Shown piece by piece: positions 56,348-64,000 of a stretch of 64,000 nt of DNA. Positions within the stretch are counted from its first letter, which is position 1. Every line of letters starts with the position of its first letter. Source of the DNA: Fidelibacterota bacterium (GTDB taxonomy: Bacteria > Fidelibacterota > UBA8477 > JABMPR01); contig JABMOS010000118.1 in the NCBI GenBank assembly GCA_013203185.1, forward strand, positions 23,006 through 87,005, in the 5' to 3' direction. The notes beneath the pieces are model-generated. The model was not told the origin of the DNA and ran no database searches. It worked only from the letters and a program-made list of their open reading frames with translations. The translations under genes and the position numbers were made by a program.

Positions 56348-56896
56348 TTGAGAAATATTTATTTAATGCTATTGGTGGTAGGTTTATCGTCCTGTGGTTT
56401 ATCCCCTAAGGCAGATCCTGATTCGCACCACGCTTCAAGGAGAGCTCACTCAAATAAATACATCGTCGAGGAAGCCCATGTTACGGGAAGCCGTAACCTC
56501 TTTATTCAACCAGATGGCATGAATTGTCTTAATTCCAGTAAAGCGGTGCTGGAATACATTAATTTGCATCACCATGAACGCAATCAGGATGCTGTTTTAA
56601 TTTTTCTTCTCGACGATTCAAACCTGATTTTAAATGTAGATGAATTGGGACCAAAAGTTCTTTCCATGCCATCAGTATACACATCCGAGGTGACACAAAA
56701 GGCCACGGAACATAAGGCCGCTTCAGTAATTTTAGTCCAATGTCTCCCCACACGAACATCCACACCTTATAAGAATGACCGTGAGATTTCAAAAAAATTA
56801 AAGCTAGCCCTGGAAACAATCAATGTTGACCTATTAGATCATATCATCATGGGTCGGAATCAGTGTTTTTCATTTGCAGACAATCAACTGCTATAA
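56348..56896 (+). CDS. RadC-like paralogue with degenerate JAMM site and lipoprotein-type signal peptide
   Basis: The C-terminal 100 aa align with the upstream RadC (ASVILV, KKLK.AL..I.V..LDH.I.G.N..FSFAD..LL), but HNHPSG..S..D reads QCLPTR..Y..D. The N-terminus (M)RNIYLMLLVVGLSSCG has a lipobox if TTG 56348 (or ATG 56366) is the start. Confidence 0.6.
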   Translation: MRNIYLMLLVVGLSSCGLSPKADPDSHHASRRAHSNKYIVEEAHVTGSRNLFIQPDGMNCLNSSKAVLEYINLHHHERNQDAVLIFLLDDSNLILNVDELGPKVLSMPSVYTSEVTQKATEHKAASVILVQCLPTRTSTPYKNDREISKKLKLALETINVDLLDHIIMGRNQCFSFADNQLL

Positions 56897-56909
56897 TTCG
56901 GAATAAATC

Positions 56910-57863
56910 ATGAAAGCTATTTTTGTGTTAGTTGTTGCATTTTCTTTAATCTCATGTGGCATATTTTTACCCATCAAAGTAGATAAGGCTCAAGATATTG
57001 TTGTTGAATTAACACCTGAACGTCTCGAACGAGGAGCCTACCTGGTTGAACATGTCTCCGGATGCGCTGACTGTCACAGTCAAAGAGATTGGTCAATTTT
57101 CATGGCACCGACCAAAGCTGGTACCAATGGTGCCGGGGGTGAGGTCTTCAATGAGGAAATGGGTACTCCAGGAACCATCTATGCTCCAAATATCACACCA
57201 GCTGCTCTAAGCTCCTGGACTGATGGTGAAGTTATTCGAGCCATCGTCAGTGGGGTCAGCAAGGACGGAACCCCACTTTTTCCAATCATGCCATATCCTA
57301 ATTATGCCCGCATGAGTCAGGAAGATATCTTTAGCATAGTAGCCTACATCAGAACCCTGGAACCCATTCCAAATGATGTCCCTCCTCGAAAACTAAACTT
57401 CCCCCTTAACTTCATTGTACGAACCATTCCAAGCCAGGCTGAGTTTGGGAGTCTCCCATATAAAACTGATGCCATTGCTTATGGAAAATACATGACTAAC
57501 GCAGCAGGATGCACTGACTGCCATACCCCCATGGAAAAAGGGAAGCCTGTAAGTGGAATGGAGTTCGCCGGCGGGTTCACCATGGGGATGGTATCAGGTG
57601 GAGCTGTGAATTCAGCCAACATCACCCCTCATAAAACAGGCATCAAGAGCTGGTCGAGAGAAGGCTTTATCCAGCGCTTTAAGGCCTTGGATAATCCTGC
57701 GGCGCGTGCAATCCCCCTTGCTGAGAATCAAATAAATACGCCCATGCCATGGACATATTATGCCAGCATGGAAGCTGAGGATCTAGGGGCGATCTACGAT
57801 TATTTGAGAAGCATTCCCGCAATAGAGAACCCCGTCATCAGATACCCAGAATTAAAGGAATGA
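56910..57863 (+). CDS. Dihaem c-type cytochrome, lipoprotein
   Basis: Two CxxCH sites (CADCH, CTDCH) and the signal/lipobox MKAIFVLVVAFSLISCG. Resembles the cytochrome c subunits of periplasmic dehydrogenases. Confidence 0.8.
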   Translation: MKAIFVLVVAFSLISCGIFLPIKVDKAQDIVVELTPERLERGAYLVEHVSGCADCHSQRDWSIFMAPTKAGTNGAGGEVFNEEMGTPGTIYAPNITPAALSSWTDGEVIRAIVSGVSKDGTPLFPIMPYPNYARMSQEDIFSIVAYIRTLEPIPNDVPPRKLNFPLNFIVRTIPSQAEFGSLPYKTDAIAYGKYMTNAAGCTDCHTPMEKGKPVSGMEFAGGFTMGMVSGGAVNSANITPHKTGIKSWSREGFIQRFKALDNPAARAIPLAENQINTPMPWTYYASMEAEDLGAIYDYLRSIPAIENPVIRYPELKE

Positions 57864-57865
57864 GT

Positions 57866-58462
57866 TTAGGCTTCCTGCTCTTCTCTCAAGATGATGTCTG
57901 ACTCAAGTTCGGGATGATCACCTCTGATGTCAGCATAAAATTCACGAATCAAACCCATATCCTTTTTGATATCTCCCGACAGGACTATTTGAGGTCCTGT
58001 CCCCACAGTTTTGTTGGGGAAATCTACATATCCCAGTAAAAGTGGTACTTGTGCCGTGTAGGCCATATGATAGAATCCAGATTTCCAGTGGTCGCGTTTT
58101 GCCCTCGTGCCTGAAGGAGCCAGTGCAATCATCAGATTCTCATGTGATGCAAAATGATCGGCAATCTGTTCAACCACACCATGGGTACTTCTACGATCAA
58201 TAGGAATTCCACCCAACCATCTCATCACAAATCCAAAGGGTTTTTTAAAGAGTGTGTGTTTACCCAACCAGGACACTTTAATACGATCCACAAACATTGC
58301 TGCCAGTAGAAAAATAAAATCCCAATTACTGGTGTGAGGTTCACAAATCAGAATGTACTTACCTGTGGTAGGTAGATTCCCTTCATATTTCCAACCTGTT
58401 AATTTTAACCAGGTTCTACCCAGTAATAATTTGGCTATTCCAGAGCGTTTGTTTTTAGTCAT
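57866..58462 (-). CDS. Lysophospholipid (1-acyl-sn-glycerol-3-phosphate) acyltransferase family protein
   Basis: H-x4-D acyltransferase motif (EPHTSNWD) and ALAPSGTR (cf. the EGTR block). Confidence 0.7.
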   Translation of the reverse strand: MTKNKRSGIAKLLLGRTWLKLTGWKYEGNLPTTGKYILICEPHTSNWDFIFLLAAMFVDRIKVSWLGKHTLFKKPFGFVMRWLGGIPIDRRSTHGVVEQIADHFASHENLMIALAPSGTRAKRDHWKSGFYHMAYTAQVPLLLGYVDFPNKTVGTGPQIVLSGDIKKDMGLIREFYADIRGDHPELESDIILREEQEA

Positions 58463-58465
58463 GAG

Positions 58466-59737
58466 TTACACTCCAAGATTCTTAATTCGCATCGATCGAC
58501 CTGCTAAATATCCTGTCGACCAGCTTGAGGTAAGATTATAGCCACCCGTTTCACCATTTACATCAATAACCTCACCTGCAAAATATAGATTCGGCATCAA
58601 CTTAGATTCCATGGTAGTTGGGTCGATTTCCTTTAAGGAAACCCCACCCGAAGTTACGATGGCATGATCATATGAATCATGACCAATAACCTCCATGGGA
58701 AATTCTTTAAGCAATAGTCTCAATCGTTTCCGCTCTTCTCCAGTCACTTGGTGCAATTTCTTTGCTGGATCCACTTGCAATAGGTCCATAAAAAGATCGA
58801 TCATTTTCAATGGTATAAGAGATTTCAGCAAGCTTTTAAAGTTTTGCTTGCTGTTATTTGTTAACTCCCTTTGCAGACGCTGATCCAGTTTTTTATGATC
58901 CAGAGCTGGTTTCAGATCAATTTTAATTTGAACTTCCTTCCGTGACTCCAACATGGTCACCAGGGTTTCACTTAGGGTCAATATTATGGGACCGGTCACC
59001 CCTTTTCTGGTGAACATCATTTCCCCAAACATTTCAGTGACTTTTTTACCCTCGTCCCAGATTGAAAGTGAAATATTTCTGAGGCTTAATCCCATCACAC
59101 GTTGTGAAATGTCACCGGCTGTAAGGACAGGTACCAGAGATGGAGCCGTATCCACAATAGTATGGCCAAAGGCTTTGGCCATGGCGTATCCCTCACCCGT
59201 AGATCCAGTGGCTGGATACCCCAATCCTCCAGAGCAAATACACACTTGATCTGCAAGCACCTGAGTCTCGTGTTGTCCCTCTTTTACCTGCAGTACAAAT
59301 TTGCCCTCATCATTTTTTTTAATTCTAGTCACATGGGTTTTCATGGCAATAGGGATATTTAATTCACTTAATTTCTTCTCAAATGCCACAACAATATCTG
59401 TCGCCCGATCACTCTCACAGAAATATCGGCCTCCCCGCTCCAGCTTTGTTGGAACACCCAGATCATTTATGTATTTGAGTAAATCATGATTGAAAAATTG
59501 TGAAAATGCATATTTGAGGAAGCGACCCTTTTTTCCGAACCGGTTCAGGAAGCTTTGCATACTCTCCTCATTGGTGATATTGCAGCGACCCTTGCCTGAA
59601 ATGCGCAACTTGATTCCTGTTTTGTGCATTTTCTCCAGGATGACAATGCGATAATCAGGATTGTATGCTTCAACACCTGCAATGAGACCAGCAGGACCAG
59701 CGCCAATGATTACTGTATTATAGTGAGGTTCTAGCAT
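58466..59737 (-). CDS. HI0933/BaiN-like NAD(P)/FAD-dependent flavoprotein
   Basis: VIIGAGPAGLIAG dinucleotide fold, SGKGRCNITN and a C-terminal GGYNLTSSWSTG. Confidence 0.85.
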   Translation of the reverse strand: MLEPHYNTVIIGAGPAGLIAGVEAYNPDYRIVILEKMHKTGIKLRISGKGRCNITNEESMQSFLNRFGKKGRFLKYAFSQFFNHDLLKYINDLGVPTKLERGGRYFCESDRATDIVVAFEKKLSELNIPIAMKTHVTRIKKNDEGKFVLQVKEGQHETQVLADQVCICSGGLGYPATGSTGEGYAMAKAFGHTIVDTAPSLVPVLTAGDISQRVMGLSLRNISLSIWDEGKKVTEMFGEMMFTRKGVTGPIILTLSETLVTMLESRKEVQIKIDLKPALDHKKLDQRLQRELTNNSKQNFKSLLKSLIPLKMIDLFMDLLQVDPAKKLHQVTGEERKRLRLLLKEFPMEVIGHDSYDHAIVTSGGVSLKEIDPTTMESKLMPNLYFAGEVIDVNGETGGYNLTSSWSTGYLAGRSMRIKNLGV

Positions 59738-59743
59738 ATCAAG

Positions 59744-60301
59744 TCAAAGCGTCTGTTGAGCCTGCCAGGTTGAGGATAATATTCCGTAAACAGCCAGATC
59801 AACGAACTGATCCCATTTGAGGGCGTGTTCCTTGAGGATACCCTCCTGTTCCATGCCAATTTTCTGCATGACCCGTCCAGAAGCAGGATTCCGCATCATG
59901 TGACTCGCATGAATCTTGTTCAGCTTTATTTTCTCAAAACCATATGCAAGTATTGCCTCTGAGGCTTCAGTGGCAAAGCCTTGTCCCCAAAAAGGTTTCC
60001 CAACCCAATAGCCCAGTTCGGCACGGTTAAATCGACGATTAACCTTAAGGCCAACGGCACCTACTAACTCATTCGATGTGAGATCAACCATGGCCAAAAC
60101 CACACCTTCACCTGATTCGAAATGCTTTTCATGGTTTTCCATCCAGGTCTCGGCCATGCCTTCAAGATATGGATGGGGGATGTTGAGGGTCATTTCAGCA
60201 ACCTCAAAATCACCAGCCAAATTCTGTATTTCTCGGGCATCAGAAAGTTGAAAGCCCCTTAGTAGGAGACGATCTGTATTAACCTTGGGATACTTTTTCA
60301 T
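59744..60301 (-). CDS. GNAT-family N-acetyltransferase (RimJ/RimL-like)
   Basis: TDRLLLRGFQLSDA...ELGYWVGKPFWGQGFATEA is typical of the RimJ/L subgroup. Confidence 0.75.
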   Translation of the reverse strand: MKKYPKVNTDRLLLRGFQLSDAREIQNLAGDFEVAEMTLNIPHPYLEGMAETWMENHEKHFESGEGVVLAMVDLTSNELVGAVGLKVNRRFNRAELGYWVGKPFWGQGFATEASEAILAYGFEKIKLNKIHASHMMRNPASGRVMQKIGMEQEGILKEHALKWDQFVDLAVYGILSSTWQAQQTL

Positions 60302-60351
60302 GGGATTCTTAAACCCATTCTGGATTTTGTCATCGTGATGGTTTTTTGTGG

Positions 60352-61719
60352 CTATAATAAATCCTGAATCTCCGTTTTAAACTCATTCACCAGTGAGGCC
60401 GCGATGGTCTGCGTCGATGCTTCAGCAAAGATGCGGACAATTGGCTCTGTATTTGAAGCTCGAAAGTGAACCCAACGGTCCTTCCAACTTATCTTTACTC
60501 CATCTTCGAGATTTGGAGCAAGACTGGCGTATTTTTCAGCCAGGGAATGAAGGATATCTGCAGGTTGGTAACCCTGGACATTGATTTTATCCTTTACCAT
60601 CTCATAGCGGGGAAGGTCGTCAGCAATTTCACGTATTGATTGCTTTGTCTCAGCCATGAGAGATAGAATGAGACCGGATGCTACAAGTGAGTCACGACCA
60701 AGGTGAGATTCGGCCAGAATTACACCCCCATTACCCTCACCGCCAATAAGGGTGTCTTGTTGCTGCATTTTGCGGGCGACATGGATTTCACCCACGGGCG
60801 TTCTCAATACTTGTCGCCCATATCGTTCAGCCAGATCATCCAGAGCTTTGGTAGAACTTAGATTTGTAACCAGAGGTCGACGATCATCCTCCCTGGCATG
60901 TCGGAGAGCATGGTAGGCAGCTAAAACAAGGGTGTATTCTTCAACCAGAGGATTCCCATTGGCATCGACGACGGCCAGCCTATCAGCATCTGGATCTGTG
61001 GCAATACCAATATCAGCACCAACCCGACTCACTGTACTCCTAAGTTCCATGAGATTTTCAGGCAAGGGCTCCGGGGTATGAACAAAATTCCCATCGTTGT
61101 TACAGTTGATGGAAATAACTTCACATCCTAACCGTTCCAGGAAGGCAGGCAAAATTTCTGATCCAGCACCATTTATAGCATCAATAACAACCTTAGGTTT
61201 CAAGGCCCGAATGGCGGGCACATTCATCAGGTCCAGTGCCATCACATTCTCAATATGCCGTTCAAGTCTATCATCAAGCTTGGTTACAGACCCACTCCGT
61301 TCAGCATTCAGCGGTCCAGCCTCCTTCACCTTAGCCAATTCAATTTGAAGTTGCCTGTGCTCATCTGAATCTAGAAAGAGACCCTCATCCCCAACAAATT
61401 TCAAAGCGTTCCACTCTATGGGGTTGTGACTGGCGGTGACAATGATTCCACCTCTGGCGTTCAGGTCCTTTACCATGAGCTGGGCTGTAGGAGTGGGACA
61501 TATTCCACAATCAATGATTTCACAACCTAAACGACTCAGGGTTTCTTCAACAACACCCTTGAACATTTCTCCTGAGGGTCGACTATCCTGGGCAATAACT
61601 ATACGCCCCTTATTCATGAGTTGAGCAAATGCTCGAGTGTATACTTTAACGACCTCTTCATCGAATCCGTCGTTAATGATTCCGCGGACTCCAGAGATTC
61701 CTGAAATTAGAATTGGCAT
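60352..61719 (-). CDS. Phosphohexomutase (phosphoglucosamine mutase / phosphomannomutase family)
   Basis: Active-site loop TASHNP, metal loop ATDPDADR and sugar loop GGEGNGG. Substrate (GlcN, Man or Glc phosphate) is not assignable by eye. Confidence 0.85.
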   Translation of the reverse strand: MPILISGISGVRGIINDGFDEEVVKVYTRAFAQLMNKGRIVIAQDSRPSGEMFKGVVEETLSRLGCEIIDCGICPTPTAQLMVKDLNARGGIIVTASHNPIEWNALKFVGDEGLFLDSDEHRQLQIELAKVKEAGPLNAERSGSVTKLDDRLERHIENVMALDLMNVPAIRALKPKVVIDAINGAGSEILPAFLERLGCEVISINCNNDGNFVHTPEPLPENLMELRSTVSRVGADIGIATDPDADRLAVVDANGNPLVEEYTLVLAAYHALRHAREDDRRPLVTNLSSTKALDDLAERYGRQVLRTPVGEIHVARKMQQQDTLIGGEGNGGVILAESHLGRDSLVASGLILSLMAETKQSIREIADDLPRYEMVKDKINVQGYQPADILHSLAEKYASLAPNLEDGVKISWKDRWVHFRASNTEPIVRIFAEASTQTIAASLVNEFKTEIQDLL

Positions 61720-61744
61720 GTTTCCTCCGTGGGGTATCTCTGAA

Positions 61745-62242
61745 TTAGATCAGCTTATACCCGTATAAATGTTGTATGGTCGTTTTTCCAATGGTAAAGG
61801 GTTTGCTATCCTCAAAGATAAATCCCTGACGATTATACCAGTCAATGGCTGGTAAGTTTTCAACCATGACACCCAGCCATACACGATCAGCGTTGTAGTT
61901 TGTTTTGGCAATATTGATTCCGTATTCCATCATGCGCTTTCCCAGCTTTAACTTTTGATATGATGGCAATACATACAGCGATGTAATAAAAAATTGGAGG
62001 TCCGGTTGATTCCAGTATGTTTTGCTATAACCAACAATGAGATCATCAACCAGAGCGACGCAACCATCTACTATTTTTGAATCATACAGATTCTGTAATT
62101 TCTGAAGATCATAATAAGAGTCGTGGAATTCTTTTCGGTCTTCCTCTGGGACGAAGGCCCCATATGCATCAGCCCAGGTATCCCAGGCAACCCTTTGGAT
62201 AGAGGGCAGGTCAGATCGACGCCAGGAACGAATTCCATTCAT
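61745..62242 (-). CDS. GNAT-family N-acetyltransferase
   Basis: Motif A-like YQKLKLGKRMMEYGINIA. 165 aa. Confidence 0.65.
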   Translation of the reverse strand: MNGIRSWRRSDLPSIQRVAWDTWADAYGAFVPEEDRKEFHDSYYDLQKLQNLYDSKIVDGCVALVDDLIVGYSKTYWNQPDLQFFITSLYVLPSYQKLKLGKRMMEYGINIAKTNYNADRVWLGVMVENLPAIDWYNRQGFIFEDSKPFTIGKTTIQHLYGYKLI

Positions 62243-62625
62243 GATCGAAACGTTGCCTTAAACAGGGAGACGGCTAACCATGACCACCCTATAATAAGTG
62301 CCACACCACCTACAGGAGTAATGGCGCCAAAATATTTCTTTCCACTAAGAGCCAAAATATAGAGGCTCCCTGAAAAGAGGATAACGCCTGCAACAATCAT
62401 ATACCCCGCTATGTTCATCGCTTTAGGCGATATAAAGCTTGATAGCGTAGGTAAAACGAGGAGAAGGAGAGCATGAATGGCCTGATATAAAACTGCCTTT
62501 TCCCAAATGCTTTGACCATAACCATCCAAAATGGTTTTTAAAGCATGTGCTCCAAAAGCACCCAGGACAACTGTGAGGATTCCAAACATGGCCCCAATGA
62601 ATGCAAAAAACGCTGCTGGCATCAT
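62239..62625 (-). CDS. DUF423 (YgdD-like) small membrane protein
   Basis: VVLGAFGAHALK and four TM segments. Both ends overlap the neighbouring genes by 4 nt. Confidence 0.8.
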   Translation of the reverse strand: MMPAAFFAFIGAMFGILTVVLGAFGAHALKTILDGYGQSIWEKAVLYQAIHALLLLVLPTLSSFISPKAMNIAGYMIVAGVILFSGSLYILALSGKKYFGAITPVGGVALIIGWSWLAVSLFKATFRS

Positions 62626-63674
62626 CCTTTTATATCCCTGGCTCGTTTTTGCCCACGTAAAAAGTATTGAAAGAAAATGGATCCGCCATACATCCTCCGC
62701 AGGGTGGCTGCCACAGCCCGAGGCTTACGCTTTTTACCCGCTTCTTGATGTTTCTTTATCAGGAGAAATGGATGGGAAAGGTTCCATCCAATAGACATGG
62801 TAATTGCTGCCATGCGTTTCCAGTCGCGAATTAAGGCTGAGAAAACAAAGGCCACACCTTCAAGAGCAATGCGGGCAGGCAATATGGCAGCAAGATAGGC
62901 GAAGGGGTAATTCTTGATAATCATCATAAGATTGTTACGGTGATTCAAATATTTTTTTTGGTAGCGATCTGGTGGTAAGGTCCAGCCAGAATGATGGAAT
63001 ATTCTGGATTTTGGAGCATTGACCACACGCCAACCTGCATTATGAAATCGCCAGCATAGATCAATTTCTTCCATGTGAGCAAAAAAGTCTTCATCGAAGA
63101 GCCCTACATCCTTTAGTGCTGCTCCCCTTAATAAGAGAGCTGTTCCGCTGGCCCAAAAGATATCCCTCGGCGTATCGTAATAGCCATCATCCTTCTCAGT
63201 CGTTGTGAATATTCTACCCAGGGCATAAGGAAAAGCCAAGATATCCATTAGCCCACCGACACCTCCGGCATAGTCAAAGACTTCGGGGTTTTGAGCGGAC
63301 ATAATTTTGGGTTGCACAGCGGCAATGTTCGAATCCATCTCCATTTGTTCAACCAATGGAGCAATCCAATCCGAGTCATGAGTTGTATCATTGTTTAGTA
63401 CAAGGTAGTACTCTGAATCTAATGCCTGTAATCCAACATTACAGCCACCTGCAAATCCCATATTTTCAGAATTCTGTATAACTTTTACATCAGGGAATTC
63501 TCTATGAACAAAGGCAACACTATCATCTGATGATGCGTTGTCAACTACAACGATTTCCAGATGATTGTAATCGGTGGCTTCCAATGAGCGCAGACAGGGC
63601 TCTAATACTTCAATTCCATTCCAGTGTGGAATAACAACCGTCACTTTAGGACCCTTTTTTTGGTGCGTTATCAT
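62622..63674 (-). CDS. Family 2 glycosyltransferase
   Basis: VVIPHWNG...VVDNASSDDS (nucleotide-binding), LNNDT, and FDEDFF plus EEIDLCWR, typical of rhamnosyl/GT2 enzymes. Confidence 0.85.
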   Translation of the reverse strand: MITHQKKGPKVTVVIPHWNGIEVLEPCLRSLEATDYNHLEIVVVDNASSDDSVAFVHREFPDVKVIQNSENMGFAGGCNVGLQALDSEYYLVLNNDTTHDSDWIAPLVEQMEMDSNIAAVQPKIMSAQNPEVFDYAGGVGGLMDILAFPYALGRIFTTTEKDDGYYDTPRDIFWASGTALLLRGAALKDVGLFDEDFFAHMEEIDLCWRFHNAGWRVVNAPKSRIFHHSGWTLPPDRYQKKYLNHRNNLMMIIKNYPFAYLAAILPARIALEGVAFVFSALIRDWKRMAAITMSIGWNLSHPFLLIKKHQEAGKKRKPRAVAATLRRMYGGSIFFQYFLRGQKRARDIKG

Positions 63675-63894
63675 AGCTTTAAAGATACACGAGAGGAATG
63701 ATGATTCAAATCATTGTGGATTCAAAAAGCACATTTTGCTGTAGTTTTTCAACAAGAATTCAAACAGATCATTATATCACACACATCAGAATGCATGTTC
63801 TAAGACAAGTATTTGATATTGTTGATTTATTTTGTAAATATGAGGCTCGAAAATAGAAGATGAGAAATGAATGAAAAGGAGGCGAGAAGCTTCA

Positions 63895-64000
63895 ATGGAT
63901 AAGATTAGCGTTCGTGATTTTATGACAAAAGAGCTGGTTGTCTTTACTCCTGAAACGGATATTTACGCAGCCATAGATGAACTGGTGAAATCTGAAATTT
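63895..64000 (+). CDS. CBS-domain protein, 5' end only (runs off window end)
   Basis: Hand translation: MDKISVRDFMTKELVVFTPETDIYAAIDELVKSEI is a typical CBS-domain opening. AAAGGAGG lies 12 nt upstream of the ATG at 63895. Confidence 0.6.
   Translation, partial: MDKISVRDFMTKELVVFTPETDIYAAIDELVKSEI

Overview
This is a 64-kb stretch of a compact bacterial chromosome. By my own gene calls it is about 94% coding, with 64 protein-coding genes (45 on the minus strand, two cut by the window edges). All calls rest on reading the supplied ORF translations and the DNA by eye. I ran no HMM, BLAST, folding or composition software, and comparisons to reference proteins are from memory.

I saw no rRNA, tRNA, CRISPR array, transposase, integrase or phage genes. 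A TonB-dependent receptor, a FadL-like barrel, many lipoproteins and WaaA show a diderm envelope. The domain repertoire (CarboxypepD_reg TonB receptor, DUF4199, DUF4416, MoxR/DUF58, long NagB) suggests an FCB-group-like or uncultured marine lineage, but the taxon cannot be fixed from this window.

Housekeeping genes:
- tsaC, rplU-rpmA (with a clear sigma70-type promoter and a GNRA-loop terminator), tkt, dCMP deaminase, udk and ispD
- tpx, two tandem DEAD-box helicases, ppc, pyrG and radC
- a PGM/PMM-family mutase

Envelope cluster (5.1-13.4 kb, one strand): moxR, an HExxH/TolB-propeller/beta-barrel protein, a HAD hydrolase, DUF58, a TonB-dependent receptor and a lipoprotein.

The standout is a glycan locus at about 27.5-38.0 kb. 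It contains:
- an IspD/TarI-type cytidylyltransferase, a TagF-like polyol-phosphate transferase, a LicC-like nucleotidyltransferase and a LicD/fukutin-family transferase
- a small protein carrying all four sialyl-motifs of the eukaryote-type GT29 sialyltransferases
- an EamA/DMT transporter
- a CMP-sialic acid synthetase, an animal-NANS-like (9-phosphate type) nonulosonate synthase and a KdsC-like phosphatase translationally coupled to WaaA
- a convergent PNGase F-like glycoamidase

Other oddities are a PdxJ homologue with nearly every catalytic residue replaced, a lipoprotein RadC paralogue with the JAMM zinc site destroyed, and an L21 with a histone-H1-like Ala/Lys/Pro tail.
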